A stretch of DNA of 59,207 bases. Origin: Trichinella spiralis (Eukaryota). This document shows, piece by piece, positions 1 to 12,500 of this stretch. Below the pieces are notes generated by a model. It was not told the origin of the DNA and did not search any database. It saw only the letters and a program-made list of their open reading frames with translations. Location: assembly GCF_000181795.1 (NCBI RefSeq), contig NW_003526947.1, positions 872,846 through 932,052 on the forward strand, in the 5' to 3' direction. Every line of letters begins with the position of its first letter. Positions within the stretch are counted from its first letter, which is position 1. The translations under genes were made by a program, and so were the position numbers.

Positions 1-785
1 AAAGTCGGCCGTCAACGTGGACAAATTGAACATTATAGCGCTGGAACGTTTTATAACCACGCAAACCATCGAATAAAATACAAACATGGAAACGGCAAAT
101 GCGACCAAAAGTAAAACTAAACACCAAAATAAAAAAAACATGAGCAGTTGAACAAGAAGAAAAAAAATATCCTCTGAACAACAACTACTCACTCATTTCA
201 TACTGATGCCACGAAGCGGTTCCTAAATTTGCATTTTCTAAAATTGCCCTACAAATACGAACAATCTTTGTTCAAATTCCATTCGTAAATATCGATCATT
301 TTAATTTTCATCATTATCAAAAAGTAAACAAACCCAACCGCGCCGTGTTAATGTCTTTTTCTCAAAACGTAATTCTTAGTACTGTTATACGCTGGAAAAT
401 GGCATCAATATTATTTGGCACGAATTTGAAAATTTTTCGATTAACACTTGAAAATTGTTCAAATGGATGTCGGCCAGAATTGATGAAAAATAAAATCCCA
501 ATAGCACCCTTTTTCTTTTCAACGAACGCATTTTCCCATTTCATTGATCTCGAGCAGCAGCAAAAAGCACCGATTTCTTCCCTCTTCATGCCGAGGTCAA
601 TTTGAGGAATGCAAATTCTTTTGAAATGTTCTCAGCAACATGAAATTCGACTAGAAGAAATTTCCGATTAAATATCACATGATCCATGCATCCAGGTGTG
701 CCGTTTTGCGAAATTCATTTTCAACTGCGTCGCACGACTGAGTAACAACAGCGCATCGGATCTACCAATATATACACTTCTAATA

Positions 786-820
<35 letters not shown>

Positions 821-2237
821 TTGATAATGCCCCAATATTATTGCTTATTAGTAAACAACTGCACAATGAACTAGCTAATTAAGTGAATATATGTTGAAAA
901 ATATTCGACAAAAAGTTCAAACGATCATTTGTGAAACAATTTTCAAAACTGGATCTATCATCATCATCATCAAATTGGATCAACGTATCAAACAACAACA
1001 ACAATAACATTATGGAATAAATTATACAAATTAGTTGGATGAAATATAATTAACTAGTTTTAACAACATGTATAATGAATGTATTCAACTTTTCAAAAAT
1101 TACTACACTACAAAAAAAAAATTTAATAAACTACCATTAGAATACTTACAATTGAATCCCTGAAATGAAGCTGCCAAATATTCCAATCATTGCCAAATAT
1201 TCGGTACGAGAATGATTTTGCAAAAGCCATTCTTGAACAACGTTACTTATGCCGTACATGGTTGCACCGCACAAGCAAAGAATATCACCCAACAGTCGAT
1301 TGGATCCTATAAAAATGCAAAAGTCAATCATAAATCATAATAAAACATTCTTTCAATATTTGAACTGGAAATTTGAAACGACAAATGATAAATGTAAAAT
1401 ATTGTATCACTTTTACCAACTGGAAATGGTAAATTTCGATCGATCATTTTTCTGTTGAATAATTTTGCAAATTTGTCAAATAAGTACATAAATACATGAA
1501 AATTAATTTACCATCATCAAGCTGATGACCAATTTGAATATCACCCCATACTAAGCTGCCAACACCCATCAGGCAAATGGATACGCCCACAATGTGGATG
1601 ATCAAATAGCGAACTTTCAAAAAAAGAAACGAAAGAATCAAAACGACAGGTATGGTAAAGCAGTCTAAAAGCTGAAAATACAGATGCATATTAAATTAAG
1701 AAACAGAAGAAAGGTGGAAAAAATGAAATGGAACTTGCCTGAACGCTCGCCAGACTTGTATAACTGTATGCTTTGACCATCAAAAATGTTGCTTCAACGT
1801 CGATAAAAGCCAAAATGAAATATCTCCAACCTCGACTGCGAAATACTTCAACGAGATTCGCGTCGGACGATTGAAAAGCAAGTATCGAGCCGTATACAAG
1901 AGCGAGAAAAAAATAAGTTGAGAAACTTTGAGCTGAAACAATCAATGAAATGGAAAAAATGTCAAATGGCAAGAAACACCAACAACATCACTAACCTGTA
2001 GGAGCATGAAAATGGAAATAGTCACTCAAATATTGACTAGTGACAGCTGAAATGCATAAACAGATGGATAAAATCTGACCCATGAACAAAGATTTTGCCA
2101 TATATCTAGAACAAGTGAATATGATGGTGAGTTACCATTTCGGATTTACAGAAAACAACAAACTTGCAACGGCTTCCTTCACAACAAGGGCTACAGTCAA
2201 AACCGTCATCGTCATCGATTGGAACCGCATCATTCAT
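1..2237 (-). CDS. SLC35F1/F2-family solute carrier (DMT superfamily), multi-exon; 3' part runs off the window start
   Basis: Spliced minus-strand exons from ATG at 2237: MNDAVPIDDDDGFDC; ~2105-1997 MGQILSICLCISAVTSQYL; ~1933-1740 RGWRYFILAFIDVEATFLMVKAYSYTSLASVQ; ~1671-1511 LLDCFTIPVVLILSFLFLKVRY; ~1307-1150 LGDILCLCGATMYGISNVVQE; ~248-194 AILENANLG; ~116-1 SMVCVVIKRSSAIMFNLSTLTADF. These match SLC35F hallmark motifs. Confidence 0.9.
788..817. repeat. (CTG)10 microsatellite in an SLC35F intron
   Basis: Ten perfect CTG units read directly. Confidence 0.95.
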
Positions 2238-2842
2238 TTTACAGCGGTTACTTTTTGTTAAAATCGTTTTCTCAAATTCTACTACAACAAGAAGAAAAGC
2301 TCATCTTTTAAACTGTTGGCCAATCAACCAATGCCAATCAAATTTCCTCAAAATATGTACAGTTCATAACTGTGATTTATAAAATGCAACGAAATAATAA
2401 ATTAATGAAAGTAAAAGTTAATTTTGAAACTAATACAGCGCATCCTAGTAATCTACAAAGCAAACAAGTAAAAATGCTGAGTGAATAAAACCTGACATAC
2501 AGTAATTTTTTGAGCAATCAAGTATAATTTTGTTTTAATTTTTTAATGTTATCAAAATGATTTCATGTTTGCAATTGTAAATTTAAAATTTAACTTGAAA
2601 ATAAGTTCCAATAGTAAAAACGTATTTTGCTGAATCAGTACTTTTTTCTTGATATATGGCGAGTAGTTTTAAAATTGCTTATTATAAATGCGACTCTTAC
2701 ATAAATTTGTTCGTTTCTAGTCGAGATGATTTATTACGCCAACAACAACATTCTTTCAAACTAGCCATTGAATGTAATTACGCTGATAAAAATTTGTACC
2801 CAAGCAAATTGAAACAATCATACCATGTGTATTCTTTTCTAT

Positions 2843-3504
2843 TGTTGCAGATTCCAACCGAAGATAAAACCTGAACGTCAGTAATCGACAGTATGACAAG
2901 GTATTTTTAGAAGAAAGAAGTAACCTGATATAGCAGATCATAGTTGTTATTGTTTGGAAGTAATCCGATATAGCTGACCATAGTTGTTTTGTCTGGAAGC
3001 AATTCGATACCAGCGAAACAGTCGTTACCGTTTAGAAGCAACCCGATATATTTGACCTAATTGTTGTTGTAGTTTGTTTTTCTTTCGTGTGTGTATCACA
3101 TATATATATATATATATATATATATAGTTGTCAGTTAGTTAGTTAGCAAGAGTCAGTCAGACTCAGTCAGACTCAGAAGAGTCAGTCAGACTCAGTCAGA
3201 GCGAGAGTCAGTCAGACTCAGTCAGTGTGTGTGAGTCAGTTGATCTCTAGTCGAATAAAGCGTTGGTGTTCTTTTCGAGATTGTGTTTTGGTCTTTATAT
3301 TCGAAAGACGGGAAGGAATACCGGAGAAAACGTGACTGGAATCAGCAGAGACAATAGGTAAGTCGTTGGAGCTTACGACGCGGGTCCAATAGGGGGAACC
3401 GTATATCGAAGATAGAACTCAGTGGTTCAAATAGTCGAACCGCGGGTTAATTATACAGTCCACTGCAACTTGATTATCGTTATCGACGAGGAAGATCCAA
3501 TACA
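2843..3504 (+). repeat. 5' LTR
   Basis: TGTTGCAG...AATACA. Contains ~40-bp degenerate tandem repeats, (TA)13, GAGTCAGTCAGACTCAGTCA repeats and AATAAA at ~3254. No difference from the 3' LTR seen by eye. Confidence 0.97.
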
Positions 3505-3505
3505 T

Positions 3506-3522
3506 TGGTCCTCCGAGCCGGA
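3506..3522 (+). promoter_or_regulatory. Primer-binding site, complementary to the tRNA-Tyr 3' end
   Basis: TGGTCCTCCGAGCCGGA one base after the LTR end; complementary to ...UCCGGCUCGGAGGACCA, a eukaryotic tRNA-Tyr type terminus. Confidence 0.8.
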
Positions 3523-3631
3523 TCCGGATAGAATAGGATATCGGATCAGATTGGAAAGACTGAGACTTCCGGATCTTTATCACGACCTGTGGACGATATT
3601 GATTTGTACTTAGTATTGTTACGGTCTAAGA

Positions 3632-6600
3632 ATGGCATCGATAAAGTCATCGGCCAAAGACTGTCAAAATAGGATTGCGGCTATGCGAGCTCGTCTTTCT
3701 AGCTATATGGAAGAATTAGTGAGAGCTCGCGAAGAACTCAACTCACGTGCATTGGTACGTAACCTCTTAGCTCTTCTGAATCAGTGCTTGGACAAAGCAC
3801 GCCAATTGGTAGAGAAGTATGAAGATTCCGCGAAACCGGCGGACGATATCACCGACTGGCACAGTTTCGAGATTGAGGTGGTCAAGGCACGTAGTATTGC
3901 TGAGGAGTACTTGGAAAAGGACTCAGTGACCGATAATCGTCGTGATACAACGCCAAATAGGGGGGCATTTTATCACGTCAACTTGCCTAAGTGGGAACTT
4001 CCAAAGTTCGATGGAGACGTTCTCCAATTCGATACATTCTGGGAACAGTTTGAAGATCAAATACACCGACAGTCAGAACTTCGAGATACCACCAAGTTCA
4101 CGTATCTTCGATCCTGTTTGACTGGGAATGCGTTAAACGCTATCGATGGTTTAGCAGTTACAGCAGCCAATTATTCGGCAGCTATCGACATTCTGAAGAG
4201 TCGTTTCGGTCGTAGAGACTTGATCATTCAAACTCATATCCGGAAACTATTAGATACAACGCCTTGCAACGACGCGTCATTGAAAACGTCGAGGAAATTT
4301 TATGATGAAATCGTCCAACACATTAGAGCCTTAGAAGCGTTGGGCAAGAACCCTTCATCTCCAGAGCTGACAGCGTCAGAAGTCCTATTGGAGATATTCA
4401 AGCTGAAAACGCACTTGAGTACAAGAAAGAGATGGGAAACTCTTATCCTTTCTGAACCTTCGAAAGCAGCAAATTTGGAGGATTTCTTACGATTCTTGCA
4501 AGACGGAATAAGGGTGCAAGAGTCTGTCAGTATGAGTGACCGTAAACCATCATCAGACGTCACTATAAGAACGAAGAGTCCACCTCGAAAGAAATTACCC
4601 TCTGTAGCCGCTCTCCATACGGAGATCAGATCATCCGAAAGCTGCGTGATGTGTAGAGAACACCATCGGGTAAGTCAGTGTCCCAAGTTCCTAGCAGAGA
4701 AGACGCAGGATCGATGGAGAATAGCGACCAGTGAAAACTTATGTTTCCGCTGTCTTCGAAGAGGTCACAAGGGAAATAGGTGCCCGGAAGACAAACGGTG
4801 TGATTATCCATCTTGTGGGAAGGCGCACCACAAACTGCTCCATGGAGACAAGGGAACACACCAATCCAGAGCTGGTGAAACGTCGTCTGAGAAGCCGACG
4901 ACTGAGAAAGACGAAAGTGTTTCGAGCGCCCGAATACTTTTGGGAAGAACAGCGTCAGAGAAAGAGAACCTGTTGCAGACAGCACGAGCCATCTTGCAAT
5001 CAGATGATGGAAATCAGTTTCTTGTAACCTGCCTTTTCGATTCCGGTTGCCAACGATCACTTATTAGGAAGGATCTGGCAGAATCGTTACGGTTAAGAGG
5101 TACAACGGAACGATTGATGTTGTTGAGGCTAGGAGAAACGCACAGCAAGTATGAGAAGCTGCGTTGCGTGAAGTTTTGCCTAAAAGGTATCTACGGAGGC
5201 GAAGACAGTCATCCCATTGAAGCACTCTGTGTCCCGAGAATAACAACGGTAGATGCAAACCCATCAGCAGCGAACTGGGAGCACCTACACGGACTGAAGC
5301 TGGCAGACATTTTTCCGAGAGAACGAACGGAAATTGACGTACTTATCGGTATAGACCTTTATAACCGCTTGCTATTCAAAGAGAGAATAGTGGGTGGAGA
5401 CGCGTTACCTGAAGCCGTCAACTCACCGTTCGGGTGGATCTTGTCAGGCAACATTCCAGCAGACGTCGGAAGTGGAAAATGCATTACACTTCTAGTGAAG
5501 ACAGAAAATGAGTACAGCGAAGATGATCTTAGACGATTTTGGGACTTAGAGATTATTGGTGTGGCGGATGATAAGGGGAAAGAAGACCCTTCTGCCTCTC
5601 GTCTCATGAAAACCTTCGAAGAGACCTTAGAATATGACAACGGACGCTACACTGTCAAGCTACCTTGGAAGCCAGGATTCCCGAATCTACCAAACAACTA
5701 CGCATACGCGCTACAACGTTTGTTGAAAACAGAAGCTAGTCTTTTGAAAGAGCCCATAAAGTCAGAAATGTATTCTAAGACGATGAGAGAGTACATAATT
5801 GATGGTATAATAGAAAGAGTCGAGAACGTACATGGCGATGAAGGAAGAACCTGGTACTTACCACACCACATGGTGTTTAAAACCGACCAGACTTCGACGA
5901 AAGGTCGGATAGTATTCGATGCTTCAGCCCATTTCGGGCGAACATCCTTGAATAGACAATTAGAGGCAGGGCCATCCTTGCAGAGTGATTTAGTCAGAAT
6001 TCTGTTACGATTTAGAAGACATCGCATCGGGGTGCAGGCTGACGTCTCCCGAATGTTCCTTCAAATAGGATTACATAAGGAAGATCGGGACGTAACCCGA
6101 TTCCTGTGGAAAGAACCCGGTGACCCGTCACCGCCGCAGACGTTTCGCTTCAGGAGAATTTGTTTCGGCTTGACGAGTTCTCCTTTTCTAGCCTTAGCAG
6201 TAATGCAGCATCACGCCAGACTGAACAAGAGCAAGTGGCCCAAGGCGGCCGAAGAAGTGCTAAAAAATGTATATGTAGATGACCTGTTGTTTTCACTCGA
6301 CGATCGAATGGAAACGATGGAATGTGTGAGAGAACTGAAACAGTTGATGGAGACCGCAGGATTTCATTTAACAAAGTGGTCAAGTAACGAACCCTTAGTG
6401 TTGCGATCGCTCCCGGAAGAAGACGTTGTGTCAGAGAGTAAAGCAAAAATAGCACTAGGGATCGTATGGGACAGCTATAGGTGGAAACCCTTTGTGGGAA
6501 ATAGAGTGGAATCCATACTAGAGCTGACGGATGCGCAGTGGTGGAGACACTGCCCCACTGCAGACAACCCCGCTGGCATCTTGACCAGAGGATGTCGTAT

Positions 6601-7015
6601 GAAAGAACTGGTAAGCAATAATTTGTGGGGGCCTGGTCCACATTGGTTAACGAAATGTGAAGATGCGCCCTACGGCCCAAATCATCATGGACAAGCGACG
6701 GATACCGTCGGACGTCTAACTAAGCGTTGGCGTTACAGAAAAAACCTGATTGCCCACTTCTGGAAGCGATGGAGATCGGAGTACATAATTTCGTTTTGTA
6801 CTCGACCGAAATGGCGAGGAGACGGTACGGAACCGAAAGTGGGAGATATCGTTTTAATAGCAGAAGACGACGGAATAAAAGTCATTGGATGTTGGGACGT
6901 GTACTGGAACTGTACCACGGAAGAGATGGAGTGGCGAGTTCAGAACGGTTGGAAGTGGCAAAGCGTGAAATTACACGACCAACAAAGAAATTACGACTGT
7001 TGGAATCTGCAGTAA
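3632..7015 (+). CDS. BEL/Pao Gag-protease-RT polyprotein (1127 aa), lacking most of RNase H and integrase; frameshift near the C-terminus
   Basis: Gag LPKWELPKFDGD; BEL-type triple Cys/His knuckles (CVMCREHHRVSQC, CFRCLRRGHKGNRC, CDYPSCGKAHHKLLH); protease LFDSG; RT WYLPHH, RIVFDAS, FGLTSSPF, YVDD; post-integrase FWKRWRSEY and WMLGRV...RPTKKL (the last in another frame). Confidence 0.95.
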   Translation: MASIKSSAKDCQNRIAAMRARLSSYMEELVRAREELNSRALVRNLLALLNQCLDKARQLVEKYEDSAKPADDITDWHSFEIEVVKARSIAEEYLEKDSVTDNRRDTTPNRGAFYHVNLPKWELPKFDGDVLQFDTFWEQFEDQIHRQSELRDTTKFTYLRSCLTGNALNAIDGLAVTAANYSAAIDILKSRFGRRDLIIQTHIRKLLDTTPCNDASLKTSRKFYDEIVQHIRALEALGKNPSSPELTASEVLLEIFKLKTHLSTRKRWETLILSEPSKAANLEDFLRFLQDGIRVQESVSMSDRKPSSDVTIRTKSPPRKKLPSVAALHTEIRSSESCVMCREHHRVSQCPKFLAEKTQDRWRIATSENLCFRCLRRGHKGNRCPEDKRCDYPSCGKAHHKLLHGDKGTHQSRAGETSSEKPTTEKDESVSSARILLGRTASEKENLLQTARAILQSDDGNQFLVTCLFDSGCQRSLIRKDLAESLRLRGTTERLMLLRLGETHSKYEKLRCVKFCLKGIYGGEDSHPIEALCVPRITTVDANPSAANWEHLHGLKLADIFPRERTEIDVLIGIDLYNRLLFKERIVGGDALPEAVNSPFGWILSGNIPADVGSGKCITLLVKTENEYSEDDLRRFWDLEIIGVADDKGKEDPSASRLMKTFEETLEYDNGRYTVKLPWKPGFPNLPNNYAYALQRLLKTEASLLKEPIKSEMYSKTMREYIIDGIIERVENVHGDEGRTWYLPHHMVFKTDQTSTKGRIVFDASAHFGRTSLNRQLEAGPSLQSDLVRILLRFRRHRIGVQADVSRMFLQIGLHKEDRDVTRFLWKEPGDPSPPQTFRFRRICFGLTSSPFLALAVMQHHARLNKSKWPKAAEEVLKNVYVDDLLFSLDDRMETMECVRELKQLMETAGFHLTKWSSNEPLVLRSLPEEDVVSESKAKIALGIVWDSYRWKPFVGNRVESILELTDAQWWRHCPTADNPAGILTRGCRMKELVSNNLWGPGPHWLTKCEDAPYGPNHHGQATDTVGRLTKRWRYRKNLIAHFWKRWRSEYIISFCTRPKWRGDGTEPKVGDIVLIAEDDGIKVIGCWDVYWNCTTEEMEWRVQNGWKWQSVKLHDQQRNYDCWNLQ

Positions 7016-7046
7016 TAGATGGAGTTCCTCCATCGTCGGGGGAGGA

Positions 7047-7708
7047 TGTTGCAGATTCCAACCGAAGATAAAACCTGAACGTCAGTAATCGACAGTATGA
7101 CAAGGTATTTTTAGAAGAAAGAAGTAACCTGATATAGCAGATCATAGTTGTTATTGTTTGGAAGTAATCCGATATAGCTGACCATAGTTGTTTTGTCTGG
7201 AAGCAATTCGATACCAGCGAAACAGTCGTTACCGTTTAGAAGCAACCCGATATATTTGACCTAATTGTTGTTGTAGTTTGTTTTTCTTTCGTGTGTGTAT
7301 CACATATATATATATATATATATATATATAGTTGTCAGTTAGTTAGTTAGCAAGAGTCAGTCAGACTCAGTCAGACTCAGAAGAGTCAGTCAGACTCAGT
7401 CAGAGCGAGAGTCAGTCAGACTCAGTCAGTGTGTGTGAGTCAGTTGATCTCTAGTCGAATAAAGCGTTGGTGTTCTTTTCGAGATTGTGTTTTGGTCTTT
7501 ATATTCGAAAGACGGGAAGGAATACCGGAGAAAACGTGACTGGAATCAGCAGAGACAATAGGTAAGTCGTTGGAGCTTACGACGCGGGTCCAATAGGGGG
7601 AACCGTATATCGAAGATAGAACTCAGTGGTTCAAATAGTCGAACCGCGGGTTAATTATACAGTCCACTGCAACTTGATTATCGTTATCGACGAGGAAGAT
7701 CCAATACA
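7047..7708 (+). repeat. 3' LTR
   Basis: Copy of 2843-3504 with the same length and the same (TA)13 count. Confidence 0.97.
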
Positions 7709-9261
7709 TCTATATTGTATCAGTCAACAGTTGCAATTGTGCTCAGATATGAATCGCAAAACAGTTTAAAACTTATCAATAGTATATCAATAAATTCAAT
7801 TGAATTGTTCCACTTTTTTTTAAAATTTGTCGCTGTTTTCGATTAAAATGAAACGTGCACTTGAGATAAAACTGCATAAAATGATAAAATTGATTTGTCC
7901 TGTAATTTAAGATGAAATTCCATTTCAAAAGTATTAAAATATTTGCAAAAGAAAAAACTGAAATCACCGAAATACATTGTGATAAAGAAATGAACAATTT
8001 TAGTTTGCTTTCAAAGATGAGTGAAATTTATTCAAAATAGAACAGTGGAGCGTTTAAATTTAAAAATCCACAAAAGAAATAGTTCGTTTAATGTTTTTTT
8101 TTCTCATTTTTGGACAAATTCAATTAAATAACAGAATTGAAGAATAAAGTTGAATAATGGTCGAACAGTCGAATTTTCCATTGTATTTCTACTGATATGC
8201 AACGGCATATTTTCTTTTTCAGTTGACGGCTACTATTATAATAGTTGGTTTTACTTGCGAGAAGCCGGTTTATCTATTTTCGCAATGGAATTTCTACCGA
8301 GCAAGTCGGTCGGTTGGTTGATTTGTCAATCAGAATGCAATTCCAATCGCTGAATCATAACTTATCTGTGAGAGAATGTGGTGCAGCACCATTTATAAAA
8401 CAAATAAATAATGATTCATAGAAATTGTTTCTTTGTTCAACAATAGCAAATTGTAACTAACGTTCATTTCATTTATCACGCACAAGTGAATTTATCATTT
8501 TCAAATGTGTACATAATGTGAATTTATATACATATATATATAATTTGTAAACAATTGTTTGAAAGAAACAAATATATTGTATATTAAATTGAATATGCAA
8601 ATAATTTCGTGTGTAGATGGAATTTTTTTTTCGAAAGAATGTAATACAGTGATCATCAAGTGACGTCGATACTAGTTTGTCAAAGTTGATGTCAAAAGTG
8701 AAGTATGTGTCAAGGTTGTGCTTTTCGTCGAAAATTTCACACTCGACTAAGCGAACAATGTTGAACACAATGGAAGAAGAAGAAATAAGCGATGTGAAAT
8801 TTTTCATTTGAACATATTTTTTTTCTTTGGGAAATTTCAAATTTCTATCAAATGTTACAGTTGGATTGAAAGAAGGGGGAAAAAAAGAAACATTAAGTTG
8901 TTGTTGTCGTTGTTGTTTTCAATGATGCTAATCCACCTCAAGCTGGTTTCGCACGGTAGAGAAGAAAAGAAAAGACGATGGTGATGATTCACACTCGGAG
9001 CAAGTTGTTTTTCTTTTTTGACCGAGTAATTTATGCAAATATTTATCAATTCAACGTTCATTACGGTTTTGTTTACTAAAAAATGAAAAAAAAATGTATC
9101 GTTGATTTGATTGGAAAATTGTTTATTTAACATTTGTAGAGTGGAAGATGGGGGGGGGGAGCAAAAGTGCGAGTGAAATTTTCGATACGATTCATCGTCG
9201 CCATTTCAACGAGCAATTGTAGTAATTGTAAGAAGATGTGGAAGAAAAACTCCCACAGGTA

Positions 9262-9330
9262 AAAACCGGTTTTGTCGCGCAAGTAATTGCGATTCGGTTT
9301 CGAAGAGAAGTTTGGCCAAAAACCGGTTTT
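9262..9330. promoter_or_regulatory. Two AAAACCGGTTTT palindromes (Grainyhead-type AACCGGTT sites) upstream of the intermediate filament gene
   Basis: Perfect 12-bp palindromes at 9262-9273 and 9319-9330, 180-250 bp before the ATG. Confidence 0.45.
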
Positions 9331-9487
9331 CGAGTAGTGGTAAAAATACAAGTTTTAACCGACCGCGAGGATCAACGCGTCAATTTTATTCCCAGTCGGT
9401 TCGTCGAGACGGTCGGCCGAGTTCGTGTTGGGGAAGAGAAATTTGAAATTTCTAAAAATTTGCATTTGATCCCATTCGCGTTGGTCA

Positions 9488-9494
9488 TTTTCAG
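9488..9494 (+). promoter_or_regulatory. Probable trans-splice (spliced-leader) or 5'UTR splice acceptor
   Basis: Nematode consensus TTTTCAG ending 15 nt before the ATG at 9510. Confidence 0.5.
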
Positions 9495-9509
9495 GCAACG
9501 GTAGAGAAA

Positions 9510-12500
9510 ATGTCGAAGAGCAACGAAAGCACCATGGAATACGAAAATGAATATCGTTCGACGATCACGCCGCGTACGGCCGGACGTTCGTCGACTAGAA
9601 CAAGCGGAGGCATTGGATCCGCTGGTCAGGGTTCCGGCGGCAGGGTTTTGAAAATTGTCACCGAAATGGGCAGTTCGACCGTGTCGGGTATCAGTCCGGC
9701 ATTTTCGGCCAACGCGGCCCAGTCGTTTTTGGAAGCCACAGAAAAAGAGAAACGCGAATTGCAAAATTTGAACGACCGTCTCAGCAATTACATCGACCGT
9801 GTCAAAGGTTTGGAATCGCAAAATCGAAAACTGGTTTCCGATTTGGAAGATTTGCGAAGCCGATGGGGCAAAGATACTTCGGAGATCAAAGAAAAATACG
9901 CCGGCAGTTTGAGCGATGCCAGGCGAACAATCGACGATATGGCCAGGCAGAAAACCGAAGTCGAAGTACAAATATCACGTCTACAAGATGACATTGCTGA
10001 ATTTCGACGCAGGTAAATATCATTCGTTTACTATTGCTCGATTAATTAATTATTACAGTGTAGAAAATTGAAGTAGGATTTGAAATAGGTGGGAGTGGGA
10101 AAAAAAGTAGCAATAGTACAAAGTAGAAAAAGAAAATTTCTAATTTTTCTTATTCCATGAGTAATATTGAATAAATTGTCAACCAAATTGCTGCTGTATA
10201 TTACACAGAGGGATTGAAATTGGATTCAAGTGAAGAGAATGAAATTGTCAAAGTTCTTCACTTTTGCCAACTGGTCTTTTTTGCAAAACTCGTCTTGACA
10301 AATTTGCTGCAATTCAACAACGACAACAACGCATCTACAGTACCAAAAGCGGTCACGGTCTTGAACGTCCCGAAGGACGGACGGACAACACCCTTCTTAG
10401 TCACCTTCTGCTACTATTTACGTCTTTGTTGACCTCATTTTCCAGTCACCACTGTGAATAGAATTGAAAATATTTCCATTTATTTTTAGATGAAATAATA
10501 AACTTCAGAAATATAAGAATAAGAAAAAAAAATACATTTTAAATAAAAATATTAAATTTTATATAACAATTAATTGTTTGATTTTTTAATAATTTGTACA
10601 AGATGATTTTCATTCAGTTCATTAGTTTTGATCAATTTTGTTTTTAACAAAAGACAAATTTGATATGAAAAAAGAACAATACATTTGCAAGATGCTAGTT
10701 TTATTAATACCATCTCTACATGTTAGAACAGCATTTCTTTCACAGATTTAAAATTTTGTTTTATTTTCACTTGAAGATATGATGATACTATTCGACTTCG
10801 GCAAGCTGATAAAGAACAGATTACCAATTTGCGCAATATGATCAACGATTCCGAGACTGAAATCAACATGCTACGTCAGCGATACAAAAATCTCGGAGAT
10901 GAGTTGAACAAATACAACAAAGACAATGCACGATTTTGGGACGAATTGCAAAAAGCGAGATCTGTAAGTTTAATTTCATGTTGAAAAAAAAAACTATTTT
11001 TTATTATTAGTCTTTTTGCAGTTGTCGAAATTACATTTTCCCACTTTCAGGACCTTGACCAAGAAACGTTGAGTCGTATAGATTTTCAAAATCAAACGCA
11101 GACATTGTTGGAAGAGTTGGAATTTTTACGACGTGTTCACGATCAAGTCGATTGATTGATCAATTTGATTTCCATTTCAAATCGATACAATTGAAATTGA
11201 ACTTTTTTTCTGTTTTGCAGGAAGTGAAAGAATTGCAAGCGTTGCTTTCGAGAGAACCGACGGATACGCGTGAATTTTTCAAAAACGAACTCGCATTGGC
11301 TGTGCGTGATATTCGCAACGAATACGACATTATTGCACAGCAAAACAAAACTGACATGGAATCTTGGTACAAATTAAAAGTAAAAAATTGTCATCATTTT
11401 TTGTTTTAAATCAAATCGAATCAAATTTCACTTGTCCAAGGTACAAGAAGTCCAATCGGCAACCAATCGACAAGGTATGGAAGGCAGTTATCAACGTGAA
11501 GAGATCAAACGCATGCGTGATCATATGCAAGATTTGAGAGGCAAACTTGCCGATTTAGAAAGCAAAGTATGAATTTGACATTAACAGTACAAAAAAAGAC
11601 TACTACAACAATATTTTTTTTAAATCGATTTAGAATGTGATGTTGGAAAAACAAGTCCAAGAATTGAATCATCAACTCGAAGATGATCAACGTCAATATG
11701 AGATGGCATTGAATGATCGTGATGCACAATTGCGCAAAATGAGAGAAGAATGCCACGCTCTGGTGTCCGAATTGCAAGCTTTGCTCGATACTAAACAAAT
11801 GCTCGACGCTGAAATTGCTATATATCGTAAAATGTTGGAAGGTGAAGAAAGTCGAGCCGGACTTCGTCAAATGGTCGAACAAGTGGTCAAATCGCACAGT
11901 TTACAACAACAAGAAGAAACTGGTAAATTTCAAATCTACCGTCGTCATCATTTTTTCCCACTATTGTTGTTGATTGTTTCATGAAAAAAAAATATATATA
12001 TATATTCTACAATTGCAGAAAGTAATCGTACTGTTCGTGGTGAAATGTCTACAAGAACCACGTTCCAAAGATCCGCCAAAGGGAATGTAGTAATCAGTGA
12101 ATGCGATTTGGATGGAAAATTCATCACGTTGGAAAATACGCACCGACAAAAGGTAATTTATTTTTTTCCATTTGCTTTTGAGAATAATTGTTCAAGTAAC
12201 TTTTTTTTTCGTTCTTTTCAGGAAGAGAATATCAGCGAATGGAAAATTAAACGCAAAATTGATGGAAAACGAGAAGTTGTTTACACTCTTCCACCAGGAA
12301 CGGTATTGAAAGCTGGAAAAACATGCAAAGTAGATTTTTTTTTTCTTCTCTCTTCTACACTTGCCCAATTTTTACTTTTGGCATATTTCGTAATGATGAT
12401 GATGATTTTTCAGATTTGGGCACGAGATCAAGGAGGAACGGCACGTCCACCGAACGAACTAATATTCGACGCTGAAACTAGCTGGGGAAGTGGTTCCAAT

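Larger units (their letters stand above)
2843..7708 (+). mobile_element. BEL/Pao LTR retrotransposon, 4866 bp, internally deleted
   Basis: Two 662-bp TG...CA LTRs (2843-3504, 7047-7708); 5-bp TSD TCTAT at 2838-2842 and 7709-7713; PBS after the 5' LTR; polypurine tract GGGGGAGGA at 7038-7046; gag-pol ORF between the LTRs. Confidence 0.97.

Noticed and set aside
9372..9971. 199-aa minus-strand ORF
   Set aside because: Antisense shadow of intermediate filament exon 1.
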